A DNA stretch of 47,659 bases, counting the filler, from Jimgerdemannia flammicorona (taxonomy: Eukaryota), in NCBI GenBank assembly GCA_003990765.1. It is 2 parts of 2 records of this genome, joined end to end, with 100 filler letters (N's around TTAATTAATTAA, not from the genome) between each part and the next. Parts side by side here need not be neighbours in the genome. Positions count along the whole stretch, not along the records: positions 23,882 to 47,659 come from RBNJ01001067.1; 1 more part is not named here. One strand, written 5' to 3'. The notes below the pieces were generated by a model that saw only the letters and a program-made list of their open reading frames with translations, searched no databases and was not told where the DNA came from. Below are positions 37,116-47,659 of the stretch, one piece after another. The position numbers and the translations under genes were made by a program. Within the stretch, counting starts at the first letter, position 1. Every line of letters begins with the position of its first letter.

Positions 37116-38420
37116 TCAAGGTATCCATGAGAGAGCATCTGCATTGAAATTTGTTCTTCCAGGGCAGTGTATGATGGTTACATCATATGCTTGTAACTTC
37201 ATTATCCATCTGGCATAGATTCCCTTGGGTTGTCCAGTTGTCAGTAGCCAGATGAGAGCTGAGTGGTCCATCTGGATGGTGAAGTGTCTTCCAGCCAGAT
37301 AGTAGTAGAACTTTTCCACAGCCCAGATAACTGCAAGACATTCCAACTTATAGGACTCATATTCTTTTTCAGCCTCTTGGGTTCTGCGGCTAAGATATGC
37401 AATGACATATTCTTTCTTGTCTTCTTTTTGAGCTAGGACTGCTCCTAGTCCCTGTATACTTGCATCCGTCTGAAGGATAAATTCTTGGGTCCAATTGGAT
37501 CATCTGAGGATGGGTGCCTGAGTTAGTCTGATCTTGAGTTCATCAAATGCTTTTTGTTGTCTGCCAGTCTACTGGAACTTGGTATCCTTCTTGTTGAGTT
37601 CATAGATTGGACCTGTGATGTTGGAGAATCCTCTAATGAATCTGCGATAGTAGGAGGCAAGTCCCATGAAGGCTTGGGCTTCTGTGACAGTAGTGGGCCT
37701 TGGGTATGCTGCTACTGCTTGTATCTTGAGGGGGTCCATGTGTGTTCCATCTCGATTGATAATATGGCCAAGATAGGAGATCTCGATTTCTGCAAACTTG
37801 CACTTCTTGGGTTTGATATAAAGGTCATGTTGTCTTAGTCTCTCCATTATCTGCTGTATGTGCTGCAGATGTTCCTCAGATGTCTTGCTGTAGATGATTA
37901 CATCATCGACATAGACCATCATCCATCTTCCCATGTCATAGCGGAAGATTTTGTTCATCATTCACTGAAAGCTTACTGGTGCATTGCACATTCCAAATGG
38001 CATTCATAGGTAGATGTAGGTTCCATCTGGTGTGATGAAGGCTGACTTTTCACTTGCCATCTCTGTGAGTCCGATTTGGTGAAATCCTGAGTATAAGTCC
38101 AGGGTGCTGTAGTACTCTGCTTCATCTCCCAGTGTTATAAGAATGTCACTGATGAGTGGCAGTGGTTTGTGATCCTTCTTGGTAACTGCATTGAGCTTTC
38201 TGTAGTCAACACAGAGCCTTGGGGCAAATTCTCCAAGTTTGCTTCCTTTTTTCAGGGCTAGTACAACTGGTGAAGACCAAGGGCTACTGGCTTCTTTGAT
38301 GATGCCAGCTTCTTCCATCTGCTTGATTTCTTCTCTGAGCCATTCTCGGTAGGCTGGCGGGACAGATCTTGCCTTCTGATAAATTGGTTCAGTGTCTCCA
38401 GTATCTATCTCATGATAGTA
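37116..38420 (-). pseudogene. Reverse transcriptase and RNase H, decayed
   Basis: SSPWSSPVVL, RLCVDYRKLN, LDLYSGFHQI, MPFGMCNAP, VYVDDVIIYS, FILQTDAS, ECLAVIWAV and NADALS. Confidence 0.95.
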
Positions 38421-38603
38421 GTATGGGGTCTTTCCCTTGATATCCTTGAAATCCGTGGCAAGAACATCCTCGAATTTGTGGAGTATCTTCTTGAGTTCCT
38501 CTTTGAGTGGGAATTCATCTCCAATGGTGTAACTGTGCTTGCTTGTGTTTTCCTCCTTCTTATGCTCGAGTTTGGTGATCTTGGTGCTGGTATATACTCC
38601 TCT

Positions 38604-39020
38604 TCCTGTGGATCCAAATCCTTTCTTTCCTCTTTTCGTTTTCTCCAGATTCTTGACTTCTATGATCCTTGGCTGTATGATTGAGAAGATCAACATCTGT
38701 ACCAATTGGTCCTTCTTCTTGACTGGGAATGGAATTGTAGGATTGTGGTTCCTAGCAATGAGTAGAATTTCTCCAGTATAGTCTGAATCAATGACTTCTC
38801 CTTCGATTGTAATTTCGCTTCTAGCCAGGCTGCTTCTTGTCTTGAGAATCCCAATATGATCCTTTGGGATGGTCATCTCTAGTCCAGTTGTGAGTAGGGT
38901 GGTTGTCTGGAGTTCGAGTACAGTTTCTTCTACTGTAGCAATGTCCATTCTGGCTGCGTTTTCTGACTTGTATTCTGGCAAGACTGTATCAGGGTGGATC
39001 TTTCAAATCTTGACCTTGAT
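38604..39020 (-). CDS. dUTPase domain within pol
   Basis: The five trimeric dUTPase motifs are recognisable in order: AARMDI, RSSLA, VIDSDYTGEI, DQLVQML and RGKKGFGSTG. It is in frame with RT in ORF 38004-38981. Confidence 0.92.
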
Positions 39021-39369
39021 TTCTTCTTCATCATCACTGTCCTCCAGGAGGGCTGGTGGTTCGTTATCTTCCTCCTTCTCTTCTTCTCTGATCTGTTTTT
39101 CGAGAGCTTTCTGTCTTCTTTCCTGGTAGATCTTCTTGGTTCTGATGGTGCACTAGTAGCAATCATTGACGTGCTCCATACAGTACATCTTGATTCCATG
39201 AGAACAGACTCCTTGTGGGACATAGCCTTCTGTGATCTTCTTGCACCATTCTTCTTCACTCATCTATCCAACTTTCTTCTTCTTTGGAGTAGTCACTATA
39301 TAGACTTCCTCTTGCTCACTCTCCTCTTCCTCTATATCAGGTAGGACTCCTTTATTGACATTGATGGGA

Positions 39370-39740
39370 ATTCATATCTTCTGTCCCTGGTAGGTGATCT
39401 GCATCTTCTGAGCATTGAGATCGATTATTGCCTTGGCTTTGTGAAGCCATTGATTGCCAATGAGGATGTTATACATAGTTGGTGGCATTGGTTACGATTA
39501 TATCTACTGGGATTGTTGCTCCTCCGATCTTGATGGGAACATCTTGGATCTTTCCTAGAGGTGTGGCTCTTGTGCCATCAGCTGTGATGAATACTAGCTT
39601 AGTTGCTTCTTCCACATCCCAACCTAGGTGGTCTGCTGCCTTCTTACTGAGGAGACATTCTCCTGCTCCCGTATCAATGATGGCTTCAAAGGTTCTATCT
39701 TCGATTTGGCATGTTGCATAAGCAGAGGTTTTGCGATTAT
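39370..39740 (-). pseudogene. Retroviral-type aspartic protease
   Basis: EAIIDTGAGECLLS in ORF 39469-39834; ILIGNQWLHKAKAIIDL follows after a frameshift. Confidence 0.9.
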
Positions 39741-40787
39741 CCTTACTTTCTTCTCCTGAGTTCTCTTGAACATTGTTGGCCTCAGTTATCTTCCATCCTT
39801 GTTCCTTAGTTGTTTCGGCAAGTCCAAACCTCATTTGCTGTCTGAATGTTAGGATTTCTGTAAGCTGACCAAAGGTTGCATTGACCTTTTGTTGACTGAG
39901 ATCCTTGAAGATATCATACTTGAAGGTCTTGGTCTTGCGAAGCTTCTTTTCTTTTTCTCCTTCACTGGCTGGAGTGGTTCCTCAGATGATATCTTGAACT
40001 GCTTGCTTCAGCTTGATATCTTGGTCCATCTCTTCGGCTTGGCTTTCTGTGTCAGTTTCCATCTACTTTTCTACTGGGTTCTTCTTGGGTCTTTCTGGCA
40101 GTCTCTTGTAGGGTTCTTTGCAAGCATCCTTCTTGGTGGTCTGAGCAGAATAGGCCTCCCATTCCTCTTTATCAGATTCTTCAATTTCTTCAAAGGTGAT
40201 TGTATTGGCCTGCTCCTTGTTTTGTATGGTGTTGCTTGGTTGAGCCTTGTGTTTGGTTTCACTCATACATTCATAGGAGTAGTGGCCTTCTTCTCCGCAG
40301 CTGTAGCAGGTACCTTTCTTCTTATCTGAGGTGGCGGCAAACTTCTGAACAGGGTGGCGATCTCTTCCTCAGATTTCCTTTACCACATCTCCCAGGTGGG
40401 CAGTCATTTCAGCAAACCTTTTGGTGAGTTCCTCCATAGGGTCACTGTTCTTTTGCTGCTCTGTAGCTTTTGGCTGGGGTGTGTTTTGATTGATCATTGT
40501 GGTGGGAATCATACTGGTTGCCTTGGGTGCCTCAATTCTGACTCCTGTAACTCTCTCCATTGTATGGTCTTGTGGGTATCCAGTATTGCTGAGCATAGGT
40601 GACCTTCTGTGGCAGATCCAGAATCACTGATAATGAGTGGATGGCCATGGCTATTTCTGGATGGACTCCTTTCATGAAGGTTGCTTTGGCCAACCTCTCC
40701 ATCTGCGACTCTTTCCAGTACCATTCAGGTTACACAACCTTTGGAAGGTACTTTCAACATCATTTTCGGCAAAAAGAGACTAACAAC

Positions 40788-42811
40788 ATGGCAACCGACA
40801 GGCAACCTGAGGTGCGTACTGGGCAGGGCAGCCCAAGCACTTTCAACTGGCAGCAGGTGGGGAGGGGTCCAGACCTGGGGGGAGGTATGAGGGGCCTGCT
40901 GGCGGGTGGACGTGGAAGGAGTGGAGGAGGTGGTGGAGGATCAGGATCTGGGAGGGCAAGCTTCACAGAGATGGTGAAGGAGAGACAGCAGGCGTTGGGG
41001 CTGGAGAGCTGGCTAAGGAAGGGCAAGAAGACTGAGAAGGCAATAGTGCCGGGGGGTGCAGCCCTTGGAAGGGAGGGCGGTAGAGCTGCGGGAGTAGTGG
41101 CTGGAGAGGTGTGACTGCTGATGGTGTTGGGACTGTCGATCTGGAAAAAAATCCAGATGTGACAGCTGATGGCGAGGCTGAGCGGCTGAGGCTTAGAAGA
41201 TAAGGAGACTTAACAGATGGTGTAACAGGTCTGGTGGTGGCCCCGTTACTCAAGAAATCGATTTCGGCATTCGCGGTCACACTGTGCTTCTGGAGCCTAG
41301 TGGTGACAGCAAAAATAGTGCTGGGGCTCATCGCTAAGCAGGTGGCAGGTGCAGCATCTGTGAAGTTTTTGAAGGGACTGGAAGGAGTGGAGGTGGATTT
41401 TGAGGAGGCGGCACCGCTGGAGGAGGCGCTGAAGGTTGGATTGGTGGTTGGGGAGATGTATGTTCCAATGGCGCGGTGCCTGAAGTGGGACCCCAGGGTG
41501 GTCCAACTACTGGTAAAAGGAGTGCCAATGGTAACAGTGATGGAGACAAGGAAGAGAGTTGAGGATTTCATGGCAGAATATGGCAAGGTAGTGGATATCG
41601 GGTTCAGGGTCTGAGAAGGGACCTTGCTCAGGACTGGTGACATGGATGTGAGGATTTGGCTGGCTGGGAAAGAAGCCACTGGGAAGGCAAGGGATTGGCC
41701 TTCGGCGATGGTCTGGGGAGCAATCCTGTGTAAGGTGACAAGGGTGAAGGGGAGTGAGGAGGAGGAGGAGGATTTACTGGAAGCACTAGAAGAGCTGGGG
41801 GGTGCTGTGGAGAGGTGAGCGAAGGCTTGGGAGGCTTTTGAAGAGGCGACACACTTGGAGGTGGTGGATGGAAAGCAGATTCGAGTGACCAAGGAGCAGT
41901 GGAAAAGGGCTCAGGGGCATAAGAGGCAGAAGGAGTTGCTGGCCAAGCTGGATAGCAGACCACTGGGGGAGGCAAGCAAGGTGAAGGGCACAGGGGGAGC
42001 TGAAGTGAGTATCTGGGCCAGCGAGGGGGAGGAGAAGGACAAGAAGGAGGTGGGGGAGGACAAGAAGAAGGCTGGGAAGGACCCATATGCAGATGGTATA
42101 CTGGAGGTATGGGAGGAGGACTGGGTAGGCTCCCCTACCCCTACCCCTCTCATCAGGCATGGCCCGGCTTCCCAGGATAGGGTGGTGGAAGATGTGCCAA
42201 TGCAGGGGGCCCAGAGGGTGCAATTCAGAGTTCCAGAGGTGGCATATGGGGGACAGGTGGTGGCGGCTGGCGAGGAGGAACTGGTGGATATCCCGGAAGT
42301 ATAGGATGAGTCTGCAAGTGCTGGAGCTGACACCATAATGTTGGATAGAGGGAGGCCAGTGACTTCGAGGGGGAAAGAGGTGGGGAACTTGCTTTGGATG
42401 TGCCGGATGATGAATAACCTGGCAGCAGAAGAGTTGGGGGAAGTGGACTTGCGAGTGATGAGTGATGAGCATTGGGTGGAAATACTGCAGGGGGATGGTG
42501 TAATGAAGGCATTGAAGGCGGAAATTCTTGTGGTGTACCTGGAGGAGGAAGGGTATGAGGTGGATAAGGAGAGGGAGGAGGAGATGGTGGTTGTTGCTGG
42601 AGAAAGGACTGAATACTGCTGGAACAGGCGACATGGACTACAGCTCTGGCAGGAAGTGTGTATCAAATACCGAGAGGAGTTTGAGGAGAAGGCCGATGGA
42701 GAGATGAATGAGCTGCTGGCTGGATTGGAGGCTCAGAGGGCAGAAGAGGAGGAGGTGGCTGCAGAACGTAATTTGGACAAGGCACAGGAGAAGATGAGCA
42801 TAGAGCAGTAG
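40788..42811 (+). pseudogene. LINE D ORF1
   Basis: ATG 40788 (MATDRQPEV...), Gly-rich N-terminus, RRM-like middle (VEVDFEE...QLLVKGVP...EYGKVVDI...RTGD) and acidic C-terminus. It carries a few transition stops and one frameshift. Confidence 0.8.
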
Positions 42812-42844
42812 AGGCTGATTGACGACATCACATATATCATCAAA

Positions 42845-45800
42845 ATGAACAGTACAACCAACATTTTCTCTTTGAACGTGAATGGGTTACGGAGTGCTTC
42901 TTGACATAGGAACATTTTTACTTGGATGAAGGGATTGGAGGCCGATCTCTTCCTCTTGCAGGATGTCCAGTGTGAAGATGACTCTGATAGATTAGAATGG
43001 ACAAAGGAATGGGGAGGAGTGGTGATTTGGAAGAGCAAGGTTGGAATTTTGGTTAGGAAAGGTAGAGGGGAGATACAGAATGTGCGGTACTGGGGAGAGA
43101 GACTGGTCTGGGGAGAGTGGATTCAGGCAGGCTGGGAGCCAGTTATGGTTGGCTCCTGCTACTGCTCTATGGTACGGGGTGAGAGGGTAGATTGGGTGAA
43201 AGGCTTACAGGAGAGTGGAGTACTTGCAGAGGCTGGGGTGGATGTGCTTGGGGGAGATTTCAATATGGTTAGGGATATACTGCTGGATAGAACAGATGGA
43301 GGATGAGGTGCTGAGAGCAGGAGTAGAGGGCTGGTGGCATGGGAGGAAGTAGAAAGGCTAAGTACGCTATTGGATGCTGGAAGGGAGTGCTGGGGGAGTA
43401 GGAGGGTCTATACACATTGGGCAGGAGGTCTGGGGACTAGAATCGATTGGATTTTGACAGCCTGCTGCTGGGGACTAGATGTTTGGAAATTATTGGAGGT
43501 GGAATGGTGTCCATGGTCAGATCACTGGGGGCTTTTGGGACAGGGGTGCTTTGGGGGAAGTGGGGATGGGTCTGGACATTGGTGCCTCAATTCCTCTTTG
43601 TTAGATGACAAGACCCAGTGGGATAAGTGGACTAAAGACATTCAACTGAGGGTGGAGAACTGGAAGCAGGAAGGGGCTGTAGTTGGGACTCAATGGATGA
43701 GGATGAAGGAAATGGCCAGGATTTACTGGAAGGAGGCTGGTAAGGAGGCTGGGAAGCAGTGAAAACAAAGAGTGTACTGGGCCTCTGCTAGATTGATGAG
43801 GCTCCTGGAGGAGTGGGCAAGACTGACGATGTTGGAGGGAGTAGAAGATTGGAGATTAATGAGGGTGAAAATAGAGGTTGGGGAACTTCAACAGGTGCTG
43901 TGGGAGGAGGAAGAGGCAAGGGTACAGAGCTTGGCAGCACGTCTTTGCTGGCAAGATCTGGAGGAAGGAGAGAGGCCTTCCAAGCTTCTTACAAGGGCCC
44001 TTAGGGCGAGGCGGGTCCAGCAACAGTGGGAAGGGGTATTGGACTCTGATGGTGTACTGGTGCATGGTGTACAGGACATTCTTGGATCGCTGAAGGAGAG
44101 ATGGAGTGGATTGTGGAGTGAGGAGGAGGGTGGGGTAGATGTCGCTACAATTGAATGAATATTGGAGGATTGGCACCCACCACAAGTCAAAGGGCTAGGG
44201 GACCTGGTGATGCCTGTACAGGAGGATGAGATCCACCAGGTTCTTGCTACAACAATGTCTGGTATGGTACCTGGGGAGGATGGTCTGCCCTGGGACTTTT
44301 GGAAGTGAATGGTTGAAGTCCCAGGGGTGATGGAAGAGATGACAGTGTTGTGTGACCTTATTCTACAGACAGGAAGGTGGGTGGGGGAGCAGGACCTTGG
44401 GCTGGTGACACTGCTCTACAAAAACAAAGGAAGGCAGGAGAATTGGAAGAACTGGTGGCCGATAATGCTGCTTGATATGGACAGAAAGTTGGTAACTAAG
44501 GTGGTGGTGGCGAGACTACAGAAGATGGCCCAGCAAGTCGTGGGTGTTGAGCAGAGGGGATTTATGGGTGGTCGGCTCATCAGGGATGGCACTGCCTGGG
44601 TGCATGGCATTATTGAAGGGGTGAGGGCCTGTGGACTGGATGGGCATCTAGTTTTCTTGGACCAGGAGAAGGCATATGACCGGGTGCGAAGAGTCTGGCT
44701 AGAGAAAGTTTTGGATAGAATGGGGGTACCGCATCAATTCTGGTCAACAATGGTCAGCCTACTGGAAGGGAGTAGGGCTGCACTCACGTGTAATAGACAT
44801 AGAGGGATAGCATTTCTCTTGGGAAGGGGGGTGCCCCAGGGGGATCCATTGTCCCCCATTTTGTATGCTCTTTCCCTGGAACCACTTATGGACCGAATTA
44901 GGCAGAGAATAGTGGGGCTCTCTGTCTTTGGCATAGGATGGAAGGTTGGGGCCTTTGCTGATGACATGGTGGTGGGTTTGGGTTTGATTGCTGATGTTGA
45001 GGAGCTCAAGAGGACTGTGGAGTAGTATGAGGAGTATTCTGGAGCTAAGCTAAATTGGCATAAGTGTGAGACGATAGTGCTCGGTAACGGCCTGGTGGGA
45101 GGGGAAGTTATAGGAACAATTGTCCCCACCAGTGAAGCAGTGTGATACTTAGGTATCTACTTGTCAGTCTATGGATCAGTTCTGCCCAAGCTTTGGTAGG
45201 AGCAGAGGATTGGAATCTGGGAGGAGGCTCTGCGGAGTTAGGGGGGAAGGCATTTTTCTCTGGCAGGGTGGGTCTTGATTTTGAATGTCTACTGGCTGCC
45301 AAAGTTGTGGTACCTGGCATATCATCTGGACTTTCCAGCCTGGGTAGTGAAGAGATTGATGAAGTTGGTAAAGGGATGGATTTGGGCTGGCAGGCAGAGT
45401 CAAATTAGTTGGGAGACCTTGTCCCTACTAGTGGCAAGAGGCAGTCTTGGGCTGGTTGACTTCCCAAAATGGTTACACTGCTTGAGAGCATGGTGGCTGA
45501 AGAGGGCAGTGGAGTTGAGAGGAGGTGGATGGGTTCCTCTGTTACAGAAGTTATGGGAGAGGTGGGTATTGCCAAGGGGCTCAACTGGTGATCTCCTCTC
45601 CTTAGTTGGGCTTCAGAACACTGCCCAACTATGATATAAAGGATTTTGGTGGGGGATTGCAGAAGGAGTGCACCGCATTGGTATTCATTGGCAGGGGAAT
45701 GAAGGTGAGGAGGATTGGGACCTGGCGATGTGGAGATGGGACCATATACTGCTAGATGGTGCTCCTTTAGTTGAGTTCGACATTGGTGATAGAATGGAAT

Positions 45801-46502
45801 GCCAAAGGAGACCAGGCCAGGATCTGTGGCCTAGCAGTTGGCAAGGAGTTAGAATTGGCGAAGAGTGGAACTGGCATAGTGTTTGGACCTGGAGTGCTGC
45901 AGTGAGAGCATAGCTACTACCAAAGTACTGGGTGGTCTGGTGGCACATGCTGTGGAGGAACATTATGCTCAATTTTCACTCAGGGCACCTTGTTGTAGGG
46001 GGTTGCTTCAACTGTGAGGAGTGCCATAATGTAGGACAGGAGGGGGGGTTACATATAGATACCAGAACATTGGCTAGGAGAGTGTGAGGTGTTGGGGGAC
46101 TTTTGGCAGACAATTGGGGATTACTTAGGGGTATGGGGTAGGAGTGATGAAGTACGGGGGCGATGGGAGGACTTGAGAGATAGATTGGTAGGGGGAATAG
46201 AGAAGGAGTGGCTTACTTTAGGTTGGGCTTTGGCTATTTGGGTGGGGCTGGCCAGTTATTGGCTATTTGTTTTTGAGAATGGGAGGAGACAGAGCTTGGG
46301 GGACCAGCTGCTGTGATGGCATAGGCTTATGGAAGATATCTTAACAGGCTGGTGGCTGGGTTGGGGGATGTGGAGTGGTCGGAGGTACTGCTTGGTGGAG
46401 AAAATCTGTGGGCAAAGTGGGAAGAGAGTGGGGGTAGTTGGTGAAAGGGTGATTTTCATTTGTGAGGAAGTAGAGAGGGGCCCCCCTGTAGGGATTGGAT
46501 AG
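42845..46502 (+). pseudogene. LINE D ORF2 (AP endonuclease, RT, C-terminal Cys/His motif)
   Basis: MNSTTNIFSLNVNGL, GGDFN, RIDWIL, SDH, WCLNSSLL, EGERPSK, PGEDGLP, LDQEKAYDRV, GVPQGDPLSPILY, AFADD and CEECHN..EHWLGEC. Confidence 0.93.
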
Positions 46503-47078
46503 TGGGTCGGAATGATGTATATTTATTCATAGACTGGTAATAAAGGCAGAGTCCAAGTGATTATAAAAAAAAAAAAAAAAAAAAAAAATAAAGGTTGCTT
46601 CGGCTACTTGATCTCAGATAGCAGCAGTATAATCTACAAGGATTATCTGATATTGAATTCTAGTATAGAATGTGTTTGGATCCTTGCTCATTCCTTGGTA
46701 TATTGTGTTGAGCTGATCTTTTAGGGCTTGCTTGATCTCATCTGTGTAATATGTATTTCAGAGCCAGGTCTTCTGTACTGTCAGTATGGCATCGGCATCA
46801 TTTCCTGCATAGGTTGCACCTGTGAATGCTGCTCTGGCAGAGCCTCGTAGGCTGAAGGACATGAGGGCTACTTGCTGTGCTACTGTCAGAGTCCTTACAG
46901 CAGCATACTGCTCGAAATCGTCAATGAAGGTGATAATTGATTCATCTGAGGTATATCCATGGAATACTGGTGGTCTCATATCCATCTTGTCTAGGTATTG
47001 GGGCTCAGTTTGTATGGTTGTTCAGATAGTGGTGGTTGTTCATTGTTCAGCTTGAAAGTGAGGAATTCGTCTTGAATC

Positions 47079-47096
47079 ACCAGCCAATAAGCACCA
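47079..47096 (-). promoter_or_regulatory. Primer-binding site of the Ty3 element
   Basis: TGGTGCTTATTGGCTGG begins 3 nt inside the 5' LTR boundary and is complementary to a tRNA ending ..GCACCA. The tRNA identity was not assigned. Confidence 0.7.
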
Positions 47097-47099
47097 AGT

Positions 47100-47556
47100 T
47101 ATAACATAGCAGATGCTTACTTTTGAAAGTACATCAGATTTCTGTATCTTGAAAACTTGACCATTCTGACTCTCGCAGAGCCTCTTGAAGTTGTAGGGGA
47201 GGGTGGGTGAGTTTGAAGTATATCTGCCCGCAGGCTTACTAGTTTCTTTGCTATCTCTTTGCTTTAAACTATTTCGATCTGAGGTTTATTCACTCGAAGA
47301 TACTGGGTTATTTATACAAGTTTGCTAGCTATGAGAGGTGGCTAAGTAATAAATGAGTCATTTGAACTTTATCGAAACATTTGGACAATATCTAAATGCT
47401 ATACTAAATCGGGGTGTTCGATTTGGATAATGTCTAAGAATTTAGACAATGTCAAAATCGAGGACTGCTAACTATAAGGCTATACTTCTTTGGGACTGGG
47501 TGTGATCAAGTATCTATTCCCTATTTCCTTCTTCCAAATTTGGCTGTACTGTCACA
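47100..47556 (-). repeat. 5' LTR of the Ty3 element
   Basis: TATAAC (mutated TGTAAC)...GTCACA; direct repeat of 34953-35410. Confidence 0.93.
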
Positions 47557-47659
47557 ATAGGGGGGGGGGCCCTCTAGGAGAATTGGATAGTAGGAGGAGA
47601 TACTGTAACTATATCTATAAACTGATAATAAATGACAAAATCTAAGTAACTATAAAAAA
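47557..47659 (+). mobile_element. 3' tip of LINE copy C
   Basis: GGGGC CCTCTAGG..ATTGGATAG..AATAAA..TCTAAGTAACTATAAAAAA matches the 3' ends of copies A and D and continues from 34952. Confidence 0.85.

Larger units (their letters stand above)
40691..46587 (+). mobile_element. LINE copy D, full-length and best preserved (L1/Tx1-like)
   Basis: Poly(A) from 46565. 17-bp TSD ATGAAGGTTGCTTTGGC (40674-40690) / ATAAAGGTTGCTTCGGC (46588-46604) with two transitions. Confidence 0.95.
40063..46985 (-). pseudogene. gag, split by LINE D (40691-46587)
   Basis: N-terminus MDMRPPVFHGYTSDESIITFIDDFEQYAAV (46985). The frame crosses the insertion as DQVAEATFMKGVHPEIA. Zinc knuckle CYSCGEEGHYSYEC at ~40267-40308. 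Confidence 0.85.
34953..47556 (-). mobile_element. Full-length Ty3/gypsy LTR retrotransposon (gag-PR-dUTPase-RT-RH-IN), decayed, carrying LINE D in gag
   Basis: Two ~458-bp LTRs, 4-bp TSD ATAG (34949-34952 and 47557-47560), PBS, PPT, and domain order PR-RT-RH-IN. Confidence 0.95.

Noticed and set aside
40963..42666. Long Ser/Pro-rich antisense ORFs over LINE ORF1 (also at 1201-2919 and 28156-29963)
   Set aside because: They are shadows of the purine-rich sense strand, their limits differ between LINE copies, and they contain no motifs.

Overview
This is eukaryotic, most likely fungal, heterochromatin-like DNA made almost entirely of nested, decayed transposable elements. I found no intact host gene. 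It holds four long L1/Tx1-like LINE copies plus a truncated fifth, and a full-length Ty3/gypsy LTR retrotransposon with a dUTPase, nested LINE > Ty3 > LINE. It also holds two ~2.06-kb TG..CA elements (probable solo LTRs) in inverted orientation inside one LINE, two other LTRs, a Plavaka-type transposase pseudogene with a divergent partner gene, a GST pseudogene and an assembly gap with an artificial linker. Most ORFs in the supplied track are fragments or antisense shadows produced by pervasive C:G>T:A transitions. Two observations stand out. (1) Three unrelated-looking LTR families share an unrecognised protein domain. It is fused in frame to the integrase C-terminus, where chromoviruses have a chromodomain, in one family; it is a free-standing ORF inside the LTR in the second and apparently LTR-internal in the third, which is cut by the gap. 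(2) A 1.3-kb SVA-like composite retroelement (LINE 5' head, 9-bp VNTR, AATAAA/A-tail) sits in a perfect 19-bp target-site duplication. All alignments were done by eye and no database search was run.
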